Of a stretch of 64,000 nt of DNA, positions 1-14,998 are shown one piece after another; positions within the stretch are counted from its first letter, which is position 1, and each line of letters opens with the position of its first letter. Below the pieces are notes generated by a model, which saw only the letters and a program-made list of their open reading frames with translations, made no database searches and had not been told where the DNA came from. A program made the translations under genes and the position numbers. This DNA comes from the human T2T-CHM13v2.0 reference genome, Homo sapiens. The stretch lies in NCBI RefSeq assembly GCF_009914755.1, contig NC_060925.1, one strand, 5' to 3'.

Positions 1-165
1 GTGCGTAATTGATTCATTCAGTAAATATGTAGTGTGTGCCTATTATGTGCCAGACACCGTCCTGGGTGCTTGAGATTCAGCACCAAATTGCCTTTAGGAA
101 ACTTACATTCCATGTAGGGGAAGCAGAGAGAGAGATCTATTAGATAATGGTAAGTGCATCGAAAA
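1..165 (-). mobile_element. L2 3' end fragment
   Basis: ATTCATTCAGTAAATATG..TATGTGCCAGACAC motif; approximate ends. Confidence 0.6.
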
Positions 166-221
166 AAAATTAAGCACAGTAAGAAGTGTTGGAGATAGAG
201 AAGAGATTGCTGGGTTTTAAA

Positions 222-480
222 AAAAATTTTTTCCCAGCTTTATTAAAGTATAATTGACAAATATTGTATATACTCAAGGTGTACAGCATGATGTGTTGAT
301 ATACATATACATTTTGAAGTGATTGCCACAAATTAACACATCCGTCACTACACATTTTATGCGTGTATGGTGAAACCACTTAAGATCTACTCTCTTAGCA
401 AATTTCAAGTAAATAATACAGTATTATTAACTAAAGTCACCATGCTATCATTGGATCCCCAAAACATATTCATCTTATAC
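222..480 (-). mobile_element. L1MA/L1MB-type 3' end
   Basis: CAGCTTTATT..GTATAATTGACAAAT..CTTAAGATCTACTCTCTTAGCAAATTTCAAG. Confidence 0.75.
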
Positions 481-966
481 TTTGGCCAGCAAGATTGCTG
501 TTTTGGATAGGATACGCAGGAAAGACCAACCTGATAAGGTGACATTTGGCAAAGACCTGAAGGGAGCAAACCACACAAATGTTTGAGTGAAAAGGAATCC
601 ACCCCTAAGAAGCAACTATCCGAGAATAAAGACATTTGTTATACTAATTCAAACCAGAATCTTAACACCTTAGCCTGATAGTTGTAGCAGAACCTATTTC
701 AGATTCTCTTATCTGTTACAGATGTGTTAAATTCAGTTTTTTTTTCCCAATATTCTGCCTATGAGACTTTCTTTCCATTCACTTAACTCTGTTTTTCCCT
801 GTAAACTGAAAGCAAGGAAACTATTTCCTAAGGACCCACTGTTTTTTGTTGTTGTCATTGTTGTTTGTTTTTTACAAATGGTTGACTTTGAAGAAATAAT
901 ACCAGAACAAAAAATTTGTTTTACTAGAATATCTTTATAATGTTATTTGTGATTTCCTCTTACTAG

Positions 967-1131
967 GCTGCTGCAGAGAAGTTGGTGCAAGCCTTAATGG
1001 AAAGAAATTCAGAATTACAGGCCCTGCGCCAATATTTAGGAGGGAGAGACTCCCTGATGTCCCAAGCACCCATCTCTAACCAACAAGCTGAAGTTACCCC
1101 CACTGGCTGTCTTGGAAAACAGACTGATCAA
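967..1131 (+). CDS. PDE4DIP: PDE4DIP coding exon 1 in window (AAAEKLVQALMERNSELQ...KQTDQ)
   Basis: TAG acceptor, A|GTAAGA donor, 165 nt phase 0-0; peptide recognised as myomegalin coiled coil. Confidence 0.95.
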
Positions 1132-1297
1132 GTAAGAACTATAGACTTACATAATTCATGCTGATTCCATTTCCTTTTTACATTTGAGGTGTAAGTTTGA
1201 TAATTTTAATACCAAATTCTGAGAATATTCTCAGTACTGTCATTGTGATCATAGTTCCTGCATCTTCCTAAGTCCCCTGACTTTTGCAATTTTTTAG

Positions 1298-1379
1298 GGT
1301 TCAATGCAGATACCTTCCAGAGATGATAGCACTTCATTGACTGCCAAAGAGGATGTCAGCATACCCAGATCCACATTAG
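1298..1379 (+). CDS. PDE4DIP: PDE4DIP exon (GSMQIPSRDDST...RSTL)
   Basis: TTTTTAG acceptor, G|GTAAGT donor, 82 nt phase 0-1. Confidence 0.93.
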
Positions 1380-1779
1380 GTAAGTATCAAATTTCATTTC
1401 ATTAAGGGACTTTGTTTTTCTCTTGTTTTTTCTTCTAGTAATCTCTGTATTATAGGTTTGGCCAAGACTCTTTTCTCTTCCTACCTTAATAGAACAAATA
1501 AGTTTGGAATTCCTCTGAAAGGCTGAAGAACTGTCCTTACCTTATGTTGAGTTGAGCTGATTGCTCTGGGTTCACAATTCGGCCCAGAGAAATTCTATCC
1601 TTACTCTCCTTTTCAGATAGCTTTGCAGGGATTCAGAAATGCAGGAGGTAATTGTTCCAATCCTGCACAGCAGGGCCATGAGCTGACACCTTTTCCTGGG
1701 TATCGTTTCAAGTCTGGGGCCACTCACTGTAACTTGACATCACCTACTAATGTTATATATATATATAATGTTAGCATAG

Positions 1780-2450
1780 TTTGATAGTTTCTGGCACAAT
1801 AAGATGTTCTATGATTACCTTTTGCTTTACCTGCCTCAGTCCCAGAATCAGCCATTATCCTAAAGAGCTCCCTGGTTCCTTTTGGTGGGTAATGGCATTC
1901 AGAAACTATGATCTGGACACAAGATGTGTTCATTGCTACATGAATGCCTTTTGCTTCTAGGACCTTTTTTTTTTTTGAGACGGAGTCTCGCTCTGTCACC
2001 CAGGTGGGAGTGCAGTGGCACGATCTCTCTGCTCACCTCTCGAGTAGCTGGGACTACAGGCGCCAGCCACCACACCCAGCTAATTTTTTTGTATTTTTAG
2101 TAGAGACGGGGTTTCACCGTGTTAGCCAGGATGGTCTCAATCTCCTGACCTCGTGATCCGCCCTCCTCGGCCTCCCAAAGTACTGAGATTACAGATGTGA
2201 GCCACTGCGCCCAGCCGCTTCTAGGCCCTTTTAAGAGAACAGAACTAGCAATGAATATTTTTAAGTATGTATGTGTGTATTTGTATATATGTGAAGATTT
2301 GATACTGATTTCCTTAATTCCAATTTAACAATATAGGTTCTTTTTTCCCTCATTTCATATTTGTATCTCCTTGAGAGCCCTGGTTACTTATAGCATCAAT
2401 ATATTTCAAAATATTTACACAGTTGCAGAATACTATAATATGCAAAAGTA
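1780..2450 (-). mobile_element. L1MC-type fragment interrupted by an Alu
   Basis: AGAATCAGCCATT..CCCTGGTTCCTTTT..GATCTGG motif; approximate ends. Confidence 0.55.
1965..2216 (-). mobile_element. Alu (Y/Sc-like) with internal deletion in the right arm
   Basis: Alu consensus match; TSD GCTTCTAGG(A/C)CCTTTT. Confidence 0.92.
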
Positions 2451-3300
2451 TTTTTGGAATTGTTACATAAATATCACCATCAACAATAAATGTATTAAGT
2501 AATGTTTAAGATTTTTTTGTAATTCTTTTTATCCTTAGGATATTTTGCACTGACAGTGTTCAGTTAGAGTAGTAGTGAGTTCAAAAATTATTTGGATTAA
2601 TTTTTTTATTATCTTCTGGATGGTTTTGTTATCTATTTGCTATATAGATTTATTTATTTATATTAGTATTCAATTTTAGACCTTTTCTCTCTCATTCATT
2701 GTCAAACTGACTTACACATTAAAAATTAAACATTTACACAGTTCAAAACTCTAGTATATAAAATGATATACTCAGATGTCCAATATTTTCCTGTTCCTTC
2801 TCTCCTGTTTCCACTCATCTCCTGCAGGTAATCAGTTTCATTTCTGGGTTATTCTTCCTGTATATCTTTTTGCAAAAATAAGCAAATGAATCATCTGCGT
2901 ATATGTAATGTATATATGTACATTCTTATTTCCCCTTTTTCCTAATAGAAAACCTACTACTTTAGATGTATTCTTAAGCACATAGCTTGTTTTTACTTAA
3001 CATATTCTTAAAATCTCAAAATCACTCCATATAAATTCATAAAGATCATCCTTATTCTTTTTTTACATCAGTATATAGTGCCATCTGTGAATATACTATA
3101 GTTTATTCAATCTTTTCTTTATAGCATCTAGGATGATTGCAGTATTTTGCTATTATAAATAATGCTATAAAGAACAACCTGTGTGTATGTTTTCTTTTTT
3201 CTTATTATTGGAATGTGTCCTCTGTAAATTACTCAAAGGAGGCAGCAGATACCACATTATGTTAATAGCAATTAAAACTAGTGCTATATTTTCATTTTAG

Positions 3301-3392
3301 GAGACTTGGACACAGTTGCAGGGCTGGAAAAAGAACTGAGTAATGCCAAAGAGGAACTTGAACTCATGGCTAAAAAAGAAAGAGAAAGTCAG
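3301..3392 (+). CDS. PDE4DIP: PDE4DIP exon (DLDTVAGLEKEL...ERESQ)
   Basis: TTTTAG acceptor, AG|GTGAGT donor, 92 nt phase 1-0. Confidence 0.93.
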
Positions 3393-3668
3393 GTGAGTTT
3401 TTTAGTTAAGTCTTAATTCCAAAATCCCTATTATTTTTTTCTTTCAAAATAGTTTATATTTAAAAGCATATAATTCTCCATGTATAATATCTGAGTCCAA
3501 ATGCCAGGTATGACTTTTTTCTTTTTGGAGAAAAATATAAGTTATTTTATATATACATTATCTCAAAAAGATGCTCCTGTTTTTAGATTGGGACCATTAA
3601 AACTTATTAAATGCTGGAAAAACGTAACCCTCTCTCCCCATTGCTAACTGGAATAAAATAATTGTAAA

Positions 3669-4042
<374 letters not shown>

Positions 4043-5089
4043 TTAGATCCGTGAAATTAGATTTAGAAACATGAAACGAGAAATTTGAGTATAATCAGTG
4101 TTTATCAAGTATTCATGTGCAATGTACTGTGCTAGGTATTTAAATTAGCACTAATGCTCACAACTCTACACAAAGTAAGTGGTGTCGGCCCAATTATTAT
4201 AGACGAAGAAGCTGAAACACTGATTTCTCTTTTAAAATGGGAGTGGAGAATAGTCATGTAACTAATAAATGCCAGAGCTATGATTCAAACTCAAGCCTTT
4301 TGTGACTTCACATACTTCCTAAGAAGATTCATTTCCTAGAGCACATTTTTCCCACCTTATGCTTTAACTCGCTCTAGCATAGAGTTCTCTTCAATTTTTT
4401 TTGGAAGAGGCCTTTCAGCCTTAGAGATTCCCTTCCCCCTGCCTTTCCTCCACAGCTAGTTGCATATTCAACTATGATGTTGAAGAAATACTAGGACCAC
4501 AGCTCAGAGTTACAGACTGAAACTAAAAGCTTGTTTGTTACTATGCTGGCATCTCTTTTAGAAGATCACTCAATGTCATGGCTTCCTAAATTCAGTTTAG
4601 CTAGCTAGTCCAAATAGCTCTTAGTTTTTTTCTACCTTTTGCCATAGCTAGATCTATAATATAAAACCTGTGTTTGTATTTGTGACAGAATTATCATATT
4701 TTATCTTTTGATTTCATTGTCATATTTCTGCTTACAAACAGACTCATGTTTTATGACTCAATTAGTTTTCAGGATATGAGAATGTGTGGCATTTAAGAAA
4801 TACCAGTTTTAAAAATCCCCTAGTCCCCCTTCCTTTTTGTGGTTCTACCTTAGCCGTTATCTGATTATTCATGTCAGATATTTTAGTTTCCACATCCTCT
4901 TCCTGTTTTTCTCACATTTATCAAATCCAGAGTAATGTTACTTTTTGGTTCTGTCCTGTTTTCAGGATCATGAAATTGTAATGCCTATGAATGGGTATTT
5001 TGGGTGATATTTAGCTATTGCTAAATTCCTTTAAAGGTTTTATTTAAAATAACTTGTCTTACCATAAAGATTGTATGGATATGTGGTAT

Positions 5090-6134
<1,045 letters not shown>

Positions 6135-6723
6135 TATTATGATTTTTAATGAAGTTTGTCATAACCAAGTACTTGTCATTTTCTGATGAGAACACTGAAA
6201 GTTTAGGGCATGTAGTGCCAACTTTTGGCAGTATTTCTTCACAGGTGGTGGCGTGTTCTTCCATCAGGAGTCATGTAATGTTTGGTGATCTCTCGTGATG
6301 TTAGCAGCTGTTGCTGTTTGATGCCTTATCCCTTAATTCATTAAGGGTTGCAAAATGGAGATATCCTAATGCTATCATTTTTTCATCTGTTAGGTGAAGT
6401 TTTACTTACATAAAAACTTCATCTCTTCTTGCTTCTGCTAATGGTAACCATTCTTTTTCAGTATCATAATAAGCTTGTTAAACAAATTTGATGTGTTTTA
6501 TAGTGCCAGCTAAAGTAGAAGACATCATTAAGAACAACTATGACATCTTCCCATAAAACTTCCTTTGTTACTATACTGCATGGATTATTGGTTTGATGCT
6601 GTAGAGCCCTATTCATGTTCTCATTTTCTTTTCCATTACTGGCTGATAGTAATAGGATATGCAAAAGCATTTGCCTCAGTGTTAAAATGTAAACATGGCA
6701 GACATTGTTTCCTCTTTTCACAG

Positions 6724-6840
6724 ATGGAACTTTCTGCTCTACAGTCCATGATGGCTGTGCAGGAAGAAGAGCTGCAGGTGCAGGCTGCTGATATGGAGTC
6801 TCTGACCAGGAACATACAGATTAAAGAAGATCTCATAAAG
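6724..6840 (+). CDS. PDE4DIP: PDE4DIP exon (MELSALQSMM...EDLIK)
   Basis: CAG acceptor, weak AAG|GTCTTT donor, 117 nt phase 0-0. Confidence 0.92.
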
Positions 6841-7064
6841 GTCTTTCAAAACTTTTTAAAGACCACTGGAAATGTTCACAGCTCAGAATACCTGTAGGGC
6901 CTCTTCAGACAATATTTGCACACATCGAATCCCTTGGCCAGTGATTATCCATATCCCACTTGAAAGTATAGGCAGAATATTTCAAGACATTTGTTCCCGT
7001 GCTACTCTGCTGAATAATCCTTTTATTACTATTTTCACATCCATACTTATTTTTTGACTTCTAG

Positions 7065-7202
7065 GACCTGCAAATGCAACTGGTTGATCCTGAAGACATA
7101 CCAGCTATGGAACGCCTGACCCAGGAAGTCTTACTTCTTCGGGAAAAAGTTGCTTCAGTAGAATCCCAGGGTCAAGAAATTTCAGGAAACCGAAGACAAC
7201 AG
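7065..7202 (+). CDS. PDE4DIP: PDE4DIP exon (DLQMQLVDPED...NRRQQ)
   Basis: CTAG acceptor, AG|GTAAGT donor, 138 nt phase 0-0. Confidence 0.94.
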
Positions 7203-7230
7203 GTAAGTTACTGGAATATAAACCTTATTT

Positions 7231-7606
<376 letters not shown>

Positions 7607-8523
7607 TGATGGTATTTCCTAGAGAAACTGTGCTCTAAAATTTCCTACTTTGGTCGGTAGCAGCTATAGATGCCCCTTTCTGACATTTGTAGTTCTGAAA
7701 AGAGCAGCAGTTCTTTTGGACACATACCAATAGTTATCCCTCACACTCATACCTAAGTCACCTCCCTCAACTGAATCTTTCTCTTTTATCTGCATTTAAC
7801 CATGTTCAGATCTCTCCCAGTTAAAAAAAAAAAAAAAAGAGAAAGAAACCCCTACATTTGCCCCAAATTTCTCTGTAGCTACAGCCCCATTTAACCTTTC
7901 TTCAATGCCAGACTTTTCCAAAAGACTTACTTGCCTGTACTCCCTGTCTCCATTATCATCTGTCTCACTAACTACTCACCCCACTGCATTCTGGCTTTTA
8001 ACTGTACCTTAAACAACTCTGTTGATTATACATTGTCATAGCTCATTATCTTTATAGCACTTATTACACTCACAATGACACACATCTATGATTAATGAAT
8101 GTCTTTTTCCTCCACTAGATAGTAAGCTTTCCCCTAGAACCTAGAACAGAGTCTGTCCCGTAGAACGTGCTCAGTAAATATTAATTGAATGAATGAAGAA
8201 TACTAGTAAGTCCTATTATATACATTTCCCTCTTGTCCATCCTGTTTCCCTCTTACTCCTTTTTCTTAGCTGCTTTCCTGTGCTTCCAGCTTCTCTCTGC
8301 TTTTTCTTCTTTTTGCTCCCATGTTTGAATTCCACCTTACAGGTTTTAAAGATAAAAAAAAGATAATATGACATTGATTTGAAAACTATAAAATAGTATC
8401 AAAAGCTTAAGTACTAAGATAGTGGGCTTTTTAAGTCATAGTACATGCTAATGCATTTTCTTGTTTCTTATTCATGTCTCACTGTGCCATTTGCGTATTG
8501 CTTCCTCTCTCTTCTTTACTCAG

Positions 8524-8636
8524 TTGCTGCTGATGCTAGAAGGACTAGTAGATGAACGGAGTCGGCTCAATGAGGCCTTACAAGCAGAGAGACAGCTCTA
8601 TAGCAGTCTGGTGAAGTTCCATGCCCATCCAGAGAG
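8524..8636 (+). CDS. PDE4DIP: PDE4DIP exon (LLLMLEGLVDERSRL...HAHPE)
   Basis: Pyrimidine tract plus CAG, AG|GTAAGA donor, 113 nt phase 0-2. Confidence 0.93.
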
Positions 8637-8835
8637 GTAAGAGAGAGGCTGTTTTTTCTTTTATTCTTTATTGAAATTTTTATTTCTTTTACTATTGTAT
8701 TTATGCCTTTTATTCTTCATTAAGTGCAGATGCTTATGATACTGAAGAGGGGAGAAAAAAGAGGGACAATTACCGGGGCTACCCACTTTGTCATTTGTTT
8801 TATGGATTGCTCTGAGCCTCAGTGTCAAAATCTTA

Positions 8836-9201
<366 letters not shown>

Positions 9202-10056
9202 CTATAATGGGCACTGATATTCATTTAATATCATCAAAGAAAATATATTAATTGGGATGGCTAATATCATCCTGGGACCACCAATAGCTATCATGATGAA
9301 TATATTTTTCTTCTACCTCTTGATTTTTGGTCACATATATGATACCTCTCTGGATCATTTTATATTCTCTTCATTTTTGTTTTCTCATTTTGCCTTCCCT
9401 ACTAGCCCCTTTTATTCTTTTTCAATTTTTATTATTATTATTATTTTTGCTATTCAGTTTCTTGTAATTTATTGTTGGGCTTTAAAAATGTTTTCTTTCT
9501 ACCAGGAAAATGAAGGCAGAGGAAAGGTATGATAGGACCAGTTGATTGTGTTACTTTTTAAAGAACCTCTGGAGCTTTAGTTTTTATGAACCAGATTCCT
9601 TTTCAGCACACCATCCCACCGTCAAGTTTGGTAACAAATGAGAAAACAAATATCTTCAGTAGTGGTTCTACTTGGCTCAGTCTTGCTCCAGTTTATATTT
9701 AGTTTGTCCTGGGTTTTAGTTTTTCAGAAACAAAAGCTTTTAGCCAAATAATGAAATTTCTCTTGTTTGGGCTATAGGGGTGTGAGATAAGTCTTAGGAG
9801 CTATAATTTTATGTGAAATTGGCCCAGAATCTAGCATAAGGGGCAAGCTTTTAAAAAAAGCAACAGTCCTTACTAATCTATCAGCAGTGAACACAAATGC
9901 CACACAAAGACTACATTCATTTATTGTGTCCTGGAGAACAATTACTTTACAAAGTCGTGTGGCTCAAAGTGGTATTGATGGTTCTTTGGAAACAAATGTG
10001 GACTCACTACAGTTGATGGCTAATCCACTTTCCTTCCATGTGGCATGTTTAATCAG

Positions 10057-10184
10057 CTCTGAGAGAGACCGAACTCTGCAGGTGGAACTGGAAGGGGCTC
10101 AGGTGTTACGCAGTCGGCTAGAAGAAGTTCTTGGAAGAAGCTTGGAGCGCTTAAACAGGCTGGAGACCCTGGCCGCCATTGGAG
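10057..10184 (+). CDS. PDE4DIP: PDE4DIP exon (SERDRTLQVELEG...LAAIG), internal form
   Basis: CAG acceptor, weak GAG|GTGGGG donor, 128 nt phase 2-1, in phase with the exon at 20672. Confidence 0.92.
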
Positions 10185-10231
10185 GTGGGGAACTGGAAAG
10201 TGTGCGAATTCATCACAAGCATGCCTACTGA
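10185..10231 (+). CDS. PDE4DIP: Alternative C-terminus by donor read-through: GGELESVRIHHKHAY* (short myomegalin, MMG8/SMYLE type)
   Basis: Open frame past the weak donor to TGA ending at 10231; AATAAA at 10542; fits recalled short isoform. Confidence 0.8.
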
Positions 10232-10541
10232 GCACTGGCGGGTCAGACTGCAGCCCAGGATGGAAAACCTTGTTTGCACTAACCAGAAAGATCCTTGTCT
10301 GATTTTGGCAGAATTAAACGGTGACTTACTAATGATAGAACTGGTACAAGTAGCATCAACTACAAAGTGAAACTCACTTTAGCCTACATGGATCTCACTG
10401 TACATACATATCAATCCCTAAATTGAATGGTGGAGGTTGCAAAGTGTATTTGCACATTTTAAATCATTCTGTTTTAGTTTTTCCACTTTTATTCATTCTT
10501 ATCCCTAGCCCCTTCTCGTTCCCTCATCCCTTCTGTGGGCC

Positions 10542-10547
10542 AATAAA
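10542..10547 (+). terminator. Candidate polyadenylation signal for the read-through isoform
   Basis: First AATAAA after the 10231 stop. Confidence 0.45.
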
Positions 10548-13500
10548 GTTTATTCTTCCCCAACTTTCACAATCCATTTCATATGTTCCATATCATATCA
10601 TAAATGCATGTGTGTGTATTATTTTTGCCATTCAGTCAACTCCTCTTTGAGTGAGAGCATTTTTTAAATCAAAAGCATGCAAGTTTTAAGATGAGAGAGC
10701 GGGAAAGAGATTGAGAGTCTATAAGAATGACTTTGCAAAAGTGATATAATCCTTATCAGAAGGTAATCAAAACCAGGAGAGTAGTCTTGTAATAGTAGAC
10801 TGCAAGTATTGGGAAGGCCAAGTTAAAGAACAGAGGCAAGAACTATGAAAGTGATCATAGTCAACTTTTATCTCCAATACTGTCTCAGAGTTGACTGTTG
10901 TACACAAGTGAAATTAGATTAGGTACAGATTAAATTCTACTTAAAATTTGTTCTTTATTGATTCCTTTAGGTTTCTTTAAACCAAGCTCATGCTATTTAG
11001 TCAGAACATGACTTCTAGAATGGTCTTCCAGAGTCAGAATTCTCTGTTTACAAAGATAATTTCAAATGTAGTATCCCTCTTTACATTCAGTGTTTCACCA
11101 AATAACTCATTATAGCCAGAAGAGGGTATTGCTTCTTTCATTTGTGGCACTAGATAGGGTCCTATGTTTTTCACTATTTAGTATGTATACATTTCTCCAT
11201 ATAACAGTAATAGGCTTCAGGCTTTGAAGTGCTAGAATAGTTTAGAAAGAAATGTTACAGATGTATGTTTATAGTTTTAATCATTGCCTCAGTGCTTTCT
11301 TGTGGCAGCGTGACAGGTATAAGGAGAGGGGCACTGGAGATTGTATTTCTGATGTCTTGAATGTCAAGTGTGAAAAGTAACCAAGATTGCTTTGCAGCTT
11401 TGTGAGATCAACATCATGAATTTGTTTTCATTTCCTCTGGTTGGAAGTTTCCTAGGTTAGAAGCTGAGGTTTCAGTTACTTTAAATATGGAATTTGGGAA
11501 CAGGGATTGAGGCTTTCTAGCACAGTAAATGTGACTGAATACCCTTTCTAAACTAAGTGGGGCACAATGATTTTTTTTCCTTCCATTTTTTTTTTACATG
11601 ACACTTTATTTCTTTCACATGTTGACATGGCTTGTATTACATTCTAAATTTCATCTGTTTCTGTAACTTTAGCTGTGTCTATAACAGATAGAGCATCAGT
11701 CAAACTAGAGTGGACAGGGAGAAAATGCTCTACTGGGGAAGCACTCTGGAATCTTCTGATTAAGTCATTTGCAAAAGATTAATAGCCATAAGCCTTACTC
11801 TTAATGGATCTGCCATTTCAGTTTCAATGGCTTTTGAGGAAAAAGGAGTCATTTAAGGAAGGAGATAGGAAGTGTAGGCCGATCCATCCACTTTTCTTAG
11901 TCTCCCAATTTTAAGAGACCCTTTCTTGCACAAAATTTTTTGTAACTTTCCATAAGTAAAGAGGAAGGTAATGGAGCCGTAGAAATGTCAACCCATCAAA
12001 GACTAGTTTGTCGTGTCATTACAACAAGGCATTTAGGGAACATCTTTCCTTAATTTTACTAATAGACCAACCAAGGAAGCCTTCTGAATCGCTAGTAAGA
12101 TTCAGCTCTGGGTGATTCTTCATTTCTAATGGCTCATAGTGATTACAGTTTATGTTAATAATCACTCCTACTTCTGTCAACCTCCAGCAAGAGTAAATTG
12201 ATAGCAGGATAAATTAAAAGTCTGATCTTAATGTCATAAATGTGACTAGAATATGGTACTAACTTTTTCGGGTCTAGATAGCTGGAATGAGGCTTGCAAA
12301 CAGTGTTATCTGGAGAGAGCTTGCTGGTCTAACAACTTTGTGTGATAATTTGGCATCTGATTAGAGAGCATGAGTCTGATAAATTTTATAATCCACACAG
12401 AGATCATGCTGTGGTTGGACACATCATTTAATAATATTTAGCATGATATAATATTCCATTTTCTCTACAGGAGCACAGACTCTTTCTCATACTGGATTAT
12501 TTTACCTTTGACAGTCATTTTTCAATGACAGTAATTTTAAATAAAGCATCGTGTGCTTATAGAACCTGTGCTTGAGTAAAAATAGTCTTCAAATAAAAAT
12601 AATGAAGTAAATTTTTACTTAGGCCATGCTTAATTGGAAGCATAGAACTTAAATTGAGAAAAAAATCCATATGATAGATTTTGTTTTTCTCATGCTTCCC
12701 TTTTGAATAATAGCAAATAATGCAGAGTAATGGTTCTAAGAGTTCAGGGTAGATGAAGTCTGTAGGTTTTAGAAGTATAGAGTTGAAAAGAACCTCCAAG
12801 AGGACTTATTTAATGAGTGAAATAAATGTCCTTAGATAGATATTGTCCCTAAACTCTTTTCTATTGAAAGTTTATAGTATTGAAAATTTGATGATTATTA
12901 GTACCTAGTATAAATCAACATTCATCTGATGTTCTCTTTTTAGATAGCCAAGTTATAACTTTTTTGAAAAGACATTATTGGACTAAGTTAGTAGGTCAGC
13001 CTTTTCCTTTGATAGTGTGTACTCTTATCTGTCACCCAACCTTCTCCACACCCTCTTCTCTTCATTCAGTTGTGGACAGCAGTAATTTTTTCAGGACCTT
13101 TGCTTCTTAGAGGAAATACATTTTTCCTTATTTATATTTTTAAAAGATGTTTCTATTACATTATATATAGCAAGAGATCTATTAAGGATCCAGAAAATCT
13201 TAACCTGTAGAGGATATGAGTTCCTCATCATAAGAATTAGTTTCCTTGAGGGTTCTTTAGTATATTCTATTTACACAGTTTATGCATAAGTAAACTCTGT
13301 GGCCGATGTACATAAAAAAACCTATCACTTTTATGCTCATTCATCCTCCTAATTCAGTGTCTGGGTCATGAGATGTTTGGTTCATAGCTTCAAAAACTGT
13401 TCAAGAAGACTGATTTCAGTTCTCTCTATGTTGATCTTCCAGTTGAATCTGGAGTCTTCTGATTGTGGAAAGGAGTAGCAGATCACATTATACTGAAAAT

Positions 13501-14892
13501 TGTCCTTTTCATTGAGAAATAAAGGTTGACTGAGCTACCTAAAGTCACTTTCCTTTGGACTGTAAGCCTTAGAGAGAACAATAATACCTTTGCTTTTCTT
13601 GAGGTAGTATTAGAAAACTCTAGTTCCCATTGATAGGATAAACTTGTTTTCTCGTTTCATGGTCTTTTTATAGAAAACAGTCACAAAATCTTGACATTTG
13701 GCATCCCTGAAAAGCTCAAGTGGCCTTTTCAAGTAGGGTATCATGTAGTATTCTGCAGGTTTACAGTCAGTATCCTGCAAGGAAAGGTGACAAACTTCCT
13801 GTGAAGTTAGGAAGAAATATTAGTAACCCACACACTTGAAGTGAGTTTTCCATTTTACCTTGTAGAAATTGTACTAGAGATAGAACAAATGAAATTAGTT
13901 TTCTTTTCCAGGTATATCCTGTGAGATACCAGCACAGAGTATTTTCTCTGAGTTCTCTCAGGGTTAAAGCTCAGTGAGCTTTTCTTTTCTCTTTGGTAGT
14001 GTGGAACCATTTGTACCGTAGAAAGAATAGCTGGAAATATGGAACTCCAATGTGGCAATACAGTAATAAACAGAAGGAATGAGTCAGTAGGATAATATAT
14101 TCGAGTGATTTCTGTATATTTCAGTTATAATGTTTTTTATATAGTGTATATTTCAGTTATTTCAGTTATAATGTGTTTTAGAATGTGGATTTAAGCCACC
14201 TTCTCACCCTTTGCACCAGTAGCTTTGTTAAAACATTTTATTATGATCAAATAACAAGCCTGTTGCTTTTAAGTAATCTAAGTATTAACAGAAGGTAAGT
14301 CTTCAACTTCTCCCTGTTCTCACCTGGGCCAAGATCAATTTTCTAAATAAAAAATAGCTTTGTAATTTGTCTCCAACAAAGAATGGGAAATGGAAGGGAA
14401 CACAAAACTGTGGTCCTGACAATACTAATTCTACCCGTTTTCAAATAAGAATAATTAAACTTATAAAGTGATATACTGATTATTTTTGTGTTACTCTCCC
14501 TTTTTTTTGTTTAAAGTCAAATTCCAGAAGTAAAAATCTTTATCATACTGTTTTCCTCTTACTAAAACTGGAAGGGTAAAATAGAAAGTTCAGCAACATC
14601 AGAAAATGTTGTATTTAAAATAATATGGAGAATAGGGGTTTTAAGTACATAAACCATATTGGCTTCCTTGTAGGTTTACTTTTAGTATATAACATGAATA
14701 TGTAGTGCTTCTTTTTACAATAATCAAAGTCATAGCTCCAAGATATTGACCTCTTTCTCAATCTATAACCTTTGTAGGCATGCATTTATACCAGCATGTT
14801 TTATAAATTATGAGTTTCTATCTGTGTCCATGAAGTCTTACTAGTTTTCACTTAAACTTTTGTGGGTTGTTAAGAAGAATTAAAGTGATTCA

Positions 14893-14998
<106 letters not shown>

